DNA from: Octopus sinensis
Lineage: Eukaryota
DNA: 64,000 nt
Direction of reading: 5' to 3'
Assembly (NCBI RefSeq): GCF_006345805.1
Contig: NC_043000.1
Location: forward strand, 148,242,001-148,306,000
A program made the position numbers and the translations under genes. Positions 38,711-51,014 of this stretch are shown here, piece by piece. The notes under the pieces were generated by a model, which ran no database searches, was not told the origin of the DNA, and saw nothing but the letters and a program-made list of their open reading frames with translations. Positions within the stretch are counted from its first letter, which is position 1; each line of letters starts with the position of its first letter.

Positions 38711-39380
38711 CTTTGCCTTTCATCCTTTCGGGGTCGATAAATTAAGTACCAGTTAAGCACTGGGGTCGATGTAACCGACTTAATCCCTTTGTCTGTCCTT
38801 GTTTGTCCACTCTATGTTTAGCCCCTTGTGGGTAGTAAAGAAATAAGTATTTCATCTGTCTTTATGCTCTGAATTCAAATTCTGCTGAGGTGGACTTTGC
38901 CTTTCATCCTTTCAGGGTCGATAAATTAAGTACCAGTTAAGCACTGGGGTCGATGTAACCGACTTAATCCCTTTGTCTATCCTTGTTTGTCCCCTCTATG
39001 TTTAGCCCCTTGTAGGCAATAAAGAAATAAGTATTTCATCTGTCGTTACATTCTGAGTTCAAATTCCGCCGAGGTCAACTTTGCCTTTCATCCTTTCGGG
39101 GTCGATAAATTAAGTACCAGTTAGGCACTGGGGTCAATGTAATCGACTTAATCCCTTTGTCTGTCCTTGTTTGTCCTCTCTATGTTTAGCCCCTTGTGGG
39201 CAATAAAGAAATAAGTATTTCATCTGTCTTTATGCTCTGAATTCAAATTCCACTGAGGTGGACTTTGCCTTTCATTCTTTTGGGGTCAATAAATTAAGTA
39301 TCAATTACGTACTGGGGGTCAATCTAATCGACTAGCCCCCCTCCCCCCAAATTTCGGGCTTTGTGCCTAGAGTAGAAAAG
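38711..39380 (+). repeat. Tandem array of SINE family C, period 184 bp
   Basis: CTTTGCCTTTCAT at 38711, 38895, 39079 and 39263. Confidence 0.9.
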
Positions 39381-39464
39381 ATTCTTCTACATTTGATAAA
39401 ATATGCAACAGTCACATGTCTGGACTTATGCAATCAACTGTTACTCATCCCTAGTGCTAATCAC

Positions 39465-39783
39465 CATCATCATCATCGTTTAACGTCTGTTTTCCGCGCT
39501 AGCACGGGTTGGACGGTTCGACCGGGGTCTGGGAAGCCAGGGGCTGCACCAGGCTCCAGTCTGATCTGGCAGTGTTTCTACAGCTGGATGCCCTTCCTAA
39601 CGCCAACTACTCCGCGAGTGTAGTGGGTGCTTTTTACGTGCCACCTGCACAGCTGCCAGGGGGGGTCTGGCATCGGCCATGATCGGTTGGTGCTTTTAAC
39701 GTGCCACCGGCACGGAAGCCAGCCAAGGCGGTACTGGCATCGGCCACGTTTGGATGGTGCTTTTTATGTGCCACCGGCACAGC
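39465..39783 (-). mobile_element. RTE 3' UTR/tail copy
   Basis: Family motifs. Confidence 0.9.
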
Positions 39784-39800
39784 ACACATTTTGTTTTGTT

Positions 39801-40018
39801 TTTTTTTCACCTTTTATAGAGAAATAATCCACTTGTTATCAGCATAACTATATTTGTCTACCAACCACAAACAACCTAATCATCAACATTTATCACTGAT
39901 TATTAAAAGGTTGGAATCTATCAAGTATATCTAATGGATGATTAAATTCATCCTGGGTTGGCTGTTATACACAACCTGGGTACTCAGATTTGATGTATCT
40001 GATTTGAGTAATCAATGT
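39801..40018 (+). repeat. Direct duplication, copy 1 (copy 2 at 42474-42691)
   Basis: 218 bp, more than 90% identical by eye. Confidence 0.9.
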
Positions 40019-40407
40019 GAGTTATTTATAGTCAGAGGAAAAGTTTTCATAGCAGTTAGTACATGGAGATAAATTTGTATTGTTTACGTAAAGAGATTCT
40101 GAATAATCAAACCTTTCAATCAATCAATAATGAATCAAATGCGCAGTAAGCATATGTATTTGAAAGTAGGGATATTAATAGTCGATATAGTATCCAGTCA
40201 ACCAGATATCTTGCTATTTATAATTTGAGTTATATCTAAATAAGCACAGTATATAAATAAATGTAATACAACTGTTATAGTGACACAATTAACTGGCCAT
40301 GTTGAAATTTGTGTCAAATATATGCAAAACAATGCCTTTAAATGTTAATTCACACACATTTAGTATTTGTGTTCAAAATACATTTATGGTATATGTTCGA
40401 GAAAATA

Positions 40408-40607
40408 TACTCTTTTACTCTTTTACTTGTTTCAGTCATTTGACTGCGGCCATGCTGGAGCACCACCTTTAATCGAGCAACTCGACCCCAGGACTTATTC
40501 TATCGGTCTCTTTTGCCGAACCGCTAAGTGACGGGGACATAAACACACCAGCATCGGTTGTCAAGCAATACTAAGAGGACAAACACAGACACATAAACAC
40601 ACACGCG

Positions 40608-40641
<34 letters not shown>

Positions 40642-40817
40642 CATACATATATACGATGGGCTTCTTTCAGTTTCCGTCTACCAAATCCACTCACAAGGCT
40701 TTGGTCGGCCCGAGGCTATAGCAGAAGATACTTGCCCAAGGTGCCACGCAGTGGGTTTGAACCCGGAACCATGTGGTTGGTAAAGAAGCTACTTACCACA
40801 CAGCCACTCCTGCACCT
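40408..40817 (-). mobile_element. SINE family B, full length
   Basis: Head AGG.GCAGGAGTGGCTGTGTGG, B box, core, microsatellite and tail. Confidence 0.9.
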
Positions 40818-41218
40818 ATGTTTATTCTTTTTCAGTATTTGCACAATAGCAATGTGAAGAATCATAAGGGAAAGATCAAAAGAATACACATGGCCATAAG
40901 GTTTGGGGGGAAATATTCAAGTGTAATGTCAATATGAACTAGTGACAAAAATGTCAAATGCTGGAGGAGAAATAAATCAATTTAGTTAGCAGCAATATTG
41001 ATTATTTCTAAGGTTATTTCCAGATAAGTTAAGAAAGTGTTCTCAATCATTAATATTCCTCACATCCCTTTAAGGTTTTTTTTGTTTCTTTTGAAAACAG
41101 ATTTGCGAAATTGCCACGTTTAAATAACGTTTACTCTAGCCTTTACATAATCACTCGGTCTGCCAAAATTAGCAGCCAAATTCTCCTCTGATTACATCAC
41201 AACATTCTAAAAAAAGGA

Positions 41219-41640
41219 GGCAATCTTTCGTCTCTAGTAGACCTTTCCGTCGATTTCCGTAAAAAAAATTTTTTTTTTACATATGGGCTTGTGGGAACTT
41301 TTGAAGTAATGAGAGCGAAAGAGACTAAGAGAAAGCGATTGTATGACGTGGGAAGTTCTTTTGAAGTTACCGTGCATGGGAAGCATTGATGTACATGTGT
41401 GTGTGTGTGTGTTTGATGGGGTGTGGGAGACAGACAGTATGTTGCGTAAATGAAGTGCTTCTGTTAGTGTGTGTGAAGAGACAGAGTAATGTGTGAGAGA
41501 AAGAGATAACTGAAATTTTTTACTCGGTGTGTGTGTATATGTATGTATATTACTTCAAAAGTTCCCGCAAGCCCATATGTAAAAAAAAAAAATTCTTTAC
41601 AGAAATCGACGGAAAGGTCTACTAGAGACGAAAGATCGCC
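41219..41640. mobile_element. MITE with ~90-bp TIRs and 8-bp TSD (Merlin-like)
   Basis: TIR GGC(A/G)ATCTTTCGTCTCTAGTAGACC...; TSD AAAAAGGA at 41211-41218 and 41641-41648; splits a family F copy. Confidence 0.85.
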
Positions 41641-41876
41641 AAAAAGGAGGATATATAGCTAATGTACTTGCAGATATTCCTTAGAAAAAGATGGAATAGT
41701 CAAGGCTGAATGCATTTGATCATTGGCTTGCTCAGTTAGGGCTGAACTAGGGCTAAATAATAGGAACAACATTTTCAGTACTATTTTGGCTGAACACTAA
41801 ACATCAGAAATCTCTTTGAACAGCCTACTCCAATTATGAAATTATGGTTAAAAATGACAAAACATTTGCTGCATTA

Positions 41877-42248
41877 GCAGGAGAGGCTGTATGGTAAGTA
41901 GCTTGCTTACCAACCACATGGTTCTGGGTTCAGTCCCACTGCATGGCACCTTGGGCAAATGTCTTCTACTATAGCCTCGGGCCGACCAAAGCCTTGTGAG
42001 TAGATTTGGTAGACGGAAACTGAAAGAAGCCTGTCGTATATATATGTATGTGTCTCTGTTTGTCCCCCCAACGTTGCTTGACAACTGATGCTGGTGTGTT
42101 TACGTCCCCCATAACTTAGCAGTTCGGCAAACGTGACTGATAGAATAAGTACTAGGCTTACAAAGAATAAGTTCTGGGGGTCGATTTGCTAGACTAAAGG
42201 CGGTGCTCCAGCATGGCCACAGTCAAATGACTGAAACAAGTAAAAGAG
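41877..42248 (+). mobile_element. SINE family B
   Basis: Family motifs. Confidence 0.9.
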
Positions 42249-42473
42249 AACACTGATAATTTAGCCTTTAATTCTCATGAACATGATTCTTCAGTAGTTG
42301 TACTACCTGTAATAATTTCAAATTTTGACACAAGAGCAACAATTTTGGGAGGAGGTTAGTCAATTACATCAACCCCCAGTATTTCACTGGTACTTGTCTC
42401 ACTTGCTAACAACTCTGCCAGTTCACAACTTTACTTTGCCATCTGTAATGAAGCATGCATTCAACATACATTT

Positions 42474-42691
42474 TTTTTTTCACCTTTTATAGAGAAATAA
42501 TCCACTTGTTATCAGCATAACTATATTTGTCTACCAACCACAAACAATATAATCATCAACATTTATCACCGATTATTAAAAGATAGGAATTCATCAAGTA
42601 TATCTAATGGATGATTAAATTCATCCTGGGTTGGCTGTTATACACAACCTGTGTACTCAGATTTGATGTGTCTGATTAGAGTAATCAATGT
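42474..42691 (+). repeat. Direct duplication, copy 2
   Basis: Matches 39801-40018. Confidence 0.9.
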
Positions 42692-43194
42692 TCCCAAAAT
42701 ATTTCCTGTAAGCTGATCTGAAATGTTGCCACACCTACCATAGATACACAGATTAACATAGTGTTGCTGGTCAGTTTCTGTTATTTTACATTACCAAACA
42801 AAAACCTTCTTTTGGTTGTTATTGCAGAAGAAAACACATTATATCTACGTCAGTCAAGTTAACATTGAATTTTAAGATTCTAAGTTTTCCTTTGAAGGTT
42901 TTAAATTAACCCTTAACATTTCCCAAATTGATTTTGTAATAGGAACCAGATGTAAAAATTCCTTAGGGTTTTCACCTAATTCATTCAGGATACAAGAGAT
43001 AAGTATAGTAGAATCCAGGAGATGAATTAACACCTGCTTTTCAACTCCTTATTCCCCACAAAATGTATTCTTGATGTTACCTCTGAATTTCTTGCACCTG
43101 TTCCTTAGCATGCTGTGTATTGATCAGAAATTAATGATATCAGAAATTCAAAGAAAGGTACAATGGAATAGTAAAGATGGCAAGAAACCTAATA

Positions 43195-43654
43195 CCGTAA
43201 ATCCTCGAGTATAGTCTGCCCTTGAGTATAATACGCAGGGGATTTTTAGGGGGCTGTACTTCTGAAAAACCTAAACCTTGTGTATAATACGCACCCCTTC
43301 TCTAACTTGAGTCAAGGAGGTCTATATAACATCCTTGGTTTGTAAAAATGTATACGGTAACGCCCTTTATTATTATTGTATATATAACATAATGCAAACA
43401 TGTAGCTTTTTTGTGCATTTTGTTTGCAGAAAATAAAGAAATAACAGTAATAATGTTTAATAAATGTTGCTAACTGCAAGCTATGGATGATTTAAGGTAT
43501 TTTCGCGCCCGACATCACGTAATGCGTCTGAAGAAACATTGCTGGACAGCAAATAGAGACTCAGACATTGCTTAGAAAATAATTTTCATTTTTAACCTCG
43601 TATATAGTACGCACTAGGGATTTTGACCTTTAAATTTTGGGGAAACAATGCGGA
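43195..43654. mobile_element. Tc1/pogo-like MITE, right end truncated by (GA)n
   Basis: TA-CCGTAAATCCTCGAGTATAGTC start; repeated GTATAATACGCA subterminal motifs; partial right TIR ATGCGGA. Confidence 0.55.
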
Positions 43655-43828
43655 GAGAGAGAGAGAGAGAGAGAGAATCTACACATCACTCTTAAGCTTT
43701 GAATTCATACAATTAGAGATAGATGCAGAAGAAAAGAAACTGTTGCATCGGAACTGGATATACTATACCCACCTCTGGTTTGACCAGTGTAAGAATCTAC
43801 AGTTGTACTGGAACAGAATGAATACTCA

Positions 43829-44235
43829 TTACTCTTTACTCTTTTACTTGTTTCAGTCATTTGACGGTGGCCATGCTGGAGCACCGCCTTTAATCGAGCA
43901 ATTCGACCCCGGGACTTATTCTTTTGTAAGCCCAGTACTTATTCTAGCGGTCTCTTTTGCCAAACCGCTAAGTAACGGGGACATAAACACACCAGCATCG
44001 GTTGTCAAGCAATGCTAGGGGGACAAACACAGACACACAAACACATACACGCATATATATATACATATATACGACAGGCTTCTTTCAGTTTCCGTCTACC
44101 AAATCCACTCACAAGGCATTGGTCGGCCCGGGGCTATAGCAGAAGACACTTGCCCAAGATGCCATGCAGTGGGACTGAACCTGGAAGCATGTGGTTGGTA
44201 GACAAGCTACTTACCACACAGCCACTCCTGCGCCT
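43829..44235 (-). mobile_element. SINE family B, full length
   Basis: Family motifs. Confidence 0.9.
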
Positions 44236-44994
44236 GTGCAATAAAATATGCTCAGACTGGATATTACAGAAGATAAAAGTCAAACTGCACCTAAACAGTA
44301 TACCACAGAGCATCTGAGCCAATGAGGGAGGCTTCCACATGGGCGTTTTAGAAATAGTAATCAAATCTTCCTTAAATCAAATCCCATTTTATCACCCAGT
44401 AAGAGTTCAGTGTGATCATCAACAGGGAAGCATGATATTTTTGAAGAACTGGATTTGCTAAAATAGCACTTTGTGATTTGACCTGTGAATGAAAGATCTG
44501 CTCAATGCTCCACAATAGCTGCAGCAGCCATATATCAGCCAAGGCAGGGTCTACATTCTCCATTGTTGCTCAACCTTTGACCCAATGATAAACATGTTAT
44601 GGAAACAGTTTCTCTCTCCAAGAACTGAACTGTAAACCCATCAATTAATGCTGGTTAATCATCATTCCTATCACTACTTGTTTAATTGCTTAATTTATCA
44701 CACACCAACAAAATAACTGAAACACTACATACTATGACAGTGATAATAGGAGTCTCTAACTCACACAGTTAATTACTAGTTGCGTACACAAATGGATGGT
44801 CTGCACCAGAGACCATCAAGCTAGCAAGAATTTCATTAACTTTAGGCACTGTGATAGGCTTCATGAAATGTTCTGTTACTACCAAGATTAACAACATATC
44901 AGTATGATAATGATAAAAAGTATTTTACAACCAATCTTTACAGAACTTAATCTGTAGTTGGACTACTTGAAATATTTAAATCTATTACTACATA

Positions 44995-45194
44995 TGGCAC
45001 GTAAAAGGCACGTAAAAAGCACCCACTACACTCTTGGAGTGGTTGGCATTAGGAAGGGCATCCAGCTGTAGAAACTCTGCCAGATCAAGATTGGACCCTG
45101 GTACAGTCATCTGGTTCGCCAGCCCTCAGTCAAAATTGTCCAACCCATGCTAGCATGGAAAGCGGATGTTGAATGATGATGATGATGATGATGA
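44995..45194 (+). mobile_element. RTE tail copy
   Basis: Family motifs and (GAT)n. Confidence 0.85.
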
Positions 45195-47206
45195 TAGTGT
45201 TCTTTCTTCAAACAAGGAATATTAACTCAATACAATTTTGAGTTAAAAATTTCAGTACAAAATGAATCTGTCGTGATTGGTTTTACCATTACTTAGCAAC
45301 ATTTATAATCTTTACAGGTCATTAAGTGTCTACCAACTCCTGAGCAGTATTATATCCTGGACATCTCACATGTAGATATCACAGCAACTCTTTACAAGTT
45401 TTGTTCCTTCACAAGTTTTGTTCCACAACGTCTGTTCAATGAATACATTGAAATGGATGTCAAATGACGAGTTAACTTAGCAGCAAATGGCTACACCTTT
45501 TATTTTTTGAATTTTTATCTAGTTTCAGCTCACAAGCTGTGGCCATGCTGGGGCACCGCCATTTATATGCTTTACAATTGTTTTAATAACTTAATTTTGA
45601 ATTTTAATTCAGGCAACAGTCTAATTTAATTTTATACTTTTTTTTATATAAACATGGACAGAACTAATTTTGCAATTTGAACAAATCCAATCTAATGGAA
45701 TATTTTTTTTTATAGCTGGATGCCCTTCCTACCAACTGCCCAGCTGTGGACAAGCATAATCTGAAGCTAACTGGGTAAACTGAAGCAAACAGAGTTTCAG
45801 CAAAAGAGACTGATAGAATAAGTACTGGGCTTACAAAAAGAATAAGTCCCGGGGTTGAGTTGCTCGATTAAAGGCGGTGCTCCAGCATGGCCGCAGTCAA
45901 ATGACTGAAACAAGTAAATGTGTAAATGAGTAATGAGAGAGTAATAGGTCTTGCCTACAGAAACAATTTGGTTGTAGTAAGCATTCAAATATGGTTAGCA
46001 ATTCACTCCTTACTCAGTGAGGTTGATAAAATAAGCTTTTATAATCTTTTTGCTATGTTGAGTATGTAAATTACTCTAAGTGCTCTGCTCAAGTAGCTGT
46101 TTTGTGTGGTTACCATAAGACTATACAAATAATGCTAAGTGAGTAGTTCCATAAAATGACAAATAACTTTAATGCTACAACATTTTACACCGAGGCTACG
46201 TATGATGTCTAGTAATGCTAAAAAGGGAAGATAAAGTATTTAGAATAGTGGAACATTTAGCTGCTTCTAGCTAGAATGTCTGTGGGAGAAAAGTATGTTA
46301 TGTAATAAATTGTGCATGCTGTGCTCATTGACAAATGTAAAAGAAATATGATGGTATAAACAGTTGCTAAATGAAAGCTATAAATGAGGAAAAGGAGCCT
46401 GCTATTAGCAGAAAATAAGGCTCTAAGTATACAAATCAGAGCAGAATTACTGCACAGAGCAATTAAAGAGATGAAATTCTAGCTCCATAGGTGTAGTGGG
46501 AGGGCAATTTTAGAACCTGTAGAAGTAGAACTAATTGTGTAATAATGGTTCCTTACACTGGAATGAGGCCTCATATTTGCAAATGAGGAGGTTATAATTT
46601 CTGTTGACCAAGACTGCATAGTTTCCAATTTCATAATGTTAACCAGATAGAAGATGCCAATTTATTGCAGGAAATATTCCTGTAAGATATGGGTTTTTTT
46701 AAGATAAAATGGGGCACATAAAAGTAAGGGCCATACATAGATATGCAATGAAATGTGCCATCTACAGGAATTCATAACAGTATTTATAAATAACCAGCAT
46801 TGGTTATTTTATTCATAATCAATATTATATCATTCGGTCACATGCCAGTTATATACAATTTTTCTTATATTCAAATAGCACATCATTATCATTGCTGTCT
46901 TAATATCCACTTTTCCATTCTTGCATAGTTAGACAGAATTCATTTCTACAGCTTGACGCCTTTGCTATTACCAACTCTGACTCATTTCCAAGTAAGGTAA
47001 TATTTCCTCCATGGTTGCATGTGTTTTCATGGAAGACTGGTTGTGAACAACATTGCTTGTTTGATGGTGATGTTCATTTATAGCTATCACATAATGTCAA
47101 AACAAAGATATATAAACACATACATTCATACAAACATATATACACATACAACAATGATCTTTCAGCATCTTTTGACCAAAACCACCCACAAGGTTTTTGT
47201 TGTCTT

Positions 47207-47501
47207 TTTTGTTCCTACTCGAGCCATGCCTGGCTCATTAAGGGCCGGTTTCCCGGTTTCCTTGGTGTATAGGTTCCCCACCTGGATGGGACGCCGGTCC
47301 GTCGCAGGTGAGCTGCAAGATGCAGGAGGAAAGAGCGAGAGAAAGTTGTGGCAAAAGAGTCAGCAGAAGTTTGCCATTACCTTCAGCTGGAGCCACGTGG
47401 AGCTTAGGTGTTTCACTCATAAACACACATATCGCCCGGTCTGAGATTTGAACCCACGATCACGAGTCTGCTGCTCTAACCACTAGGCCACGTGTCTCCA
47501 C
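47207..47501 (-). mobile_element. tRNA-headed SINE with V-domain-like core and 12-bp TSD
   Basis: A box TGGCCTAGTGG, B box GGTTCAAATC, core CTGCGACGGACCGGCGTCCCATCCAGG; TSD TTTTGTTGTCTT at 47195-47206 and 47502-47513; inserted in an old B copy. Confidence 0.8.
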
Positions 47502-48180
47502 TTTTGTTGTCTTGAGCTATAGTGGAAGACACTTATCCACGATGCTGTACAGTTGGACTGAACCTCCAAACCAAGTGAATGGACAGTGAACTTTTCAAGC
47601 ACACAGTTATGTCAGGACCTAGCTAACTATTAAAAAAGAAGAGACAATGGGGGAATTTATAACTTTGGCAAGTATCTATGGAAAGTTTGTTAGAACTATA
47701 TGGAAATGGAAAAAAATCAGAGTAAGGAATTATAATAATAGATAGTAACAGAATTCAAGTTGAATTCAGCATCAAAGCTAGAAACCATTCACTTAAGTCT
47801 CTGCAGTGTATTCAATAAATGAGAAAGCTTGAAAGTTAATAAAGAACACTTAGCCTAGTGTATTGCAAGTCTCAAACCTTATATTGCATAAAAGCTATCT
47901 ATAGACAAGCTAGTAATAAGGATGAGACAAAAAAAAATGCTACTATGCATAATGAAAGCCATTGTCCATGTTTAAATAAACCACTCAAATTATGAAACAA
48001 AAGCAAGTATTCATATAAAAGAAAAAGAAGCAAAATATTATATTATGCCACAACATATTTTATAATAGACAGGTTCAGACATATATATATATATATATGT
48101 ATATAGCAAAAGAAAGACAGCAGATGGAATATATATATACACATGTATATATATGCATATACATACATACATCTATACAT

Positions 48181-48284
48181 AACCATATACACATACATAT
48201 ATATACAACCATATACACATACATATATACACAACCATATACACATACATATATATACAACCATATACACATACATATATACAC
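48181..48284. repeat. 26-bp minisatellite, 4 units, within an AT/AC microsatellite
   Basis: AACC at 48181, 48207, 48233 and 48259. Confidence 0.9.
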
Positions 48285-48300
48285 ACATAAATACATATAT

Positions 48301-48356
<56 letters not shown>

Positions 48357-48975
48357 TCTTCTCCATCACTGTCATTTCTCCCTTCTCTATTGCTTCTCTC
48401 TAAATATGTAGACACTCTCTCCCTCTACTCTTTCTCTCTCTATCTCTTTATTTCACTTCATCATCCCATAATTCTTCTCTCAGACCCTTAATCTCTCCTC
48501 TCAGACCCTTAATCTCTCCTATACTTCCTCTCTATAAATACATAGACACACACACTCTTTCTCTTTACTTTTCTCCATTGCACCATCCATCTCTCAGCCC
48601 CTGAAACTCCGTAAATATAGTATCTATATATATGTGTGCGTGTCTGTGTGTGTGTATAGACACACTCTTTCTCTCCTCTATAGTTTCCACTTCTCTCTAA
48701 CACAGTCTTTCTTCTCTCAGACCCTCAACCTCTATTATTAATACATACTCCCTCTCTCTCTCTTCACTTCTCTCCATCACACTTCTGTCTCTTCACTTCT
48801 CTCTGTCACACCATCTCCCAATCTTCCTAAATATATAGACACAAACATTCTCTCTCTATCTCTCTCTCTCTTCTCAGCCTCTCAATCTCTCTAAATATAT
48901 AAACACACTTTTTTCTCTATTTCTTCTCTACCCTCCATCACACCATCAAATTTTAAAAAATAAATATCCATAAAA

Positions 48976-49700
48976 ATGTCCAGAAACTGGAGGAGCATGG
49001 AATTGGCATTGTTTTTGAGAGTCTGGTACTGTGCTGAAGGAGATAACCCAAACAACATAATCACAGCTGTGCTGAAGAGCAACGGTTACACCAAAACGTT
49101 AGCACAGATAGAACGAAAGAAGCAGGAGTTTACATGCTCCTACGCTCTCATACAATCCCACATCAGCACTCTTGATGCCATCTTTGATAATGAATACAGC
49201 AAAGACGACAAGGACGGATGCACCAATGCAGATGAAAGATGTCACCTCCATTTGGTAGACACACAAGAAAACAAAGAAGATTCAAGCAAGAAATCTGCCC
49301 GGAAAGTAAACCCAAGTACAAGTGCCCCTACCACCATCAAAACGAAAAACCATGGAGGTGAAAGAGCCAAGAAGGAAGAGCTAAAAGAAGGAAAAACAAA
49401 AACAAAAGTAGAAACAGCCAAAGAAAGAAGCAAACCTGACTACCCATATAACAAAAAGAGACAGCACACACAAATGTGCAAATTCTACTTGAAAGATGTC
49501 TGTTGGCATCGAGAGGAAGGTGTAAGCTGCCACTTTGCACACCAAAGACCCTGCAACATAAACATGAAACAGGGCAGAAACCACCTGCCAAAAGGAAAGG
49601 ACTATGCACCACCTGCCCCAAAATGGAGGTACACAGATGTAGTGCATGCTACAAACCAGACCTAACAACATGTTGAAAGGGTAACTGCTGAACAACAATC
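48976..49700 (+). mobile_element. LINE ORF1 with CCCH zinc finger(s), frameshifted at the 3' end
   Basis: 229-aa open frame containing CKFYLKDVCWHREEGVSCHFAH; further Cys motifs in an adjacent frame (PKME..RCSACYKPD); followed by an AP endonuclease. Confidence 0.7.
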
Positions 49701-49844
49701 TTTTTTGTGCATGGCACAAAAGATTGTACAGTAGCTGATCTGGCTACATCAATCTCACAGATGGGACTATCCCCAATACACAAGACCACCACAACAAATA
49801 GACCCAAGGTGGGCACCACTGGCAACAACACACACATTACATCG

Positions 49845-50278
49845 GTGCTCTTACTGAACATCAGAGAAATGTTAACACTTAGTAATAGGACAAAAGTCTC
49901 TTTCTTGAGAGGCCTTGTTGCATGCAATCAAGCACTTATGGAAACACACCTGAAACCAGATATAGCAAATGCAGAAATACACATACCACAGTATGTTGTA
50001 TTACGGACCAACAGGAAAGAAAGGAGTCATGGTGGAGTTGCTATGTACATCTGTGAAGACTTCACACCCCAGGTCCTTTTGTCACACTCAAATTCAGTAT
50101 GTGACACACTAATTGTACATATAAGACAACTTGATGTAGTTATATGTGCTACATATTGCCCTGCACATACTCCAAATTATGTAGGCAAGTTTGAAGACTG
50201 CCTTACTAAAATAGAAGTTCTAGTCACATTAGAACAACACATAAGTGTGTTCTTATGGGAGACTTCAATTTGCCCAAT
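49845..50278 (+). mobile_element. LINE ORF2 AP endonuclease domain (CR1/Jockey group), truncated
   Basis: LLNIRE, LMETHLKPDI, RTNRKERSHGGVAMYI, VVICATY and GDFNLP motifs. Confidence 0.85.
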
Positions 50279-51014
50279 GGTCATGTGGCTAGAATGGATG
50301 AGGATAGCTGTGTGAAAAAGTACCACAACCTAGAGGCTGAGGGAAACTGTGGAAGAGGTAGACCCAGGAAGACCTGGGATGAAGTGGCGAAGCACGACCT
50401 TCGAACATTAGGCCTCACCGAGTCAATGACCAGTGACCTAGACTTTTGGAAATATGCTGTGCTTGAGAAGACCTGGCAAGCCAAGTGAGACCATAACCTT
50501 GTGGCCTATGCCATGGGTGTAACCAGCCCACTTATGTGTACCTTCCCTTCATTGGACACTGCTTGAGCAGACCTGTTGAGGCAAGTGAAATCGAAATCAA
50601 ATTCGATGACTGGCATCCTTGCTAGTGGAGCACCAAGAGCACCATCCGAGTGTGATAGTTGCCAGAGCGGCTAACTGGCGTTCGTGCTGGTGGCATGTAG
50701 AAAGCACCATTTGAGCAGTTACCAGTTACCAGTTTTGCCTTACTGGCACTTGTGCCAGGGTGCAGGCTACACGTAAAAAAACATGATTTTTTCATGGCCA
50801 TTGCCAGTACCGCCTGACTGGCCTTCGTGCTGATGGCACGTAAAAGCACCCACTACACTCTTGGATTGGTTGGCATTAGGAAGGGTATCCAGCTGTAGAA
50901 ACTCTGCCAGATCAAGATTGGAGCCTGGTACAGCCATCTGGTTCGGCAGTCCTCAGTCAAATCGTCCAACCCATGCTAGCATGGAAAGCGGACGTTAAAC
51001 GATGATGATGATGA
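50277..51014 (+). mobile_element. RTE LINE 3' end: ORF2 C-terminus, full 3' UTR, (GAT)n
   Basis: GHVARMDEDSCVKK...GRGRPRKTWDEV; the downstream UTR matches the dispersed tail copies. Confidence 0.9.

Noticed and set aside
38711-39380. CRISPR-like array
   Set aside because: Units are whole SINE copies with no unique spacers; eukaryotic context
43623-44317. Recurring peptides LFQSFDCGHAGAPP and IRQASFSFRLPN that look like a gene family
   Set aside because: Translations of SINE family B; no consistent start, stop or splice context
47430-47501. tRNA genes here and at other A/B-box heads
   Set aside because: No complete cloverleaf; each continues into a SINE body
48043-48415. Five overlapping YI/HT-rich ORFs
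   Set aside because: Dinucleotide microsatellite artefacts
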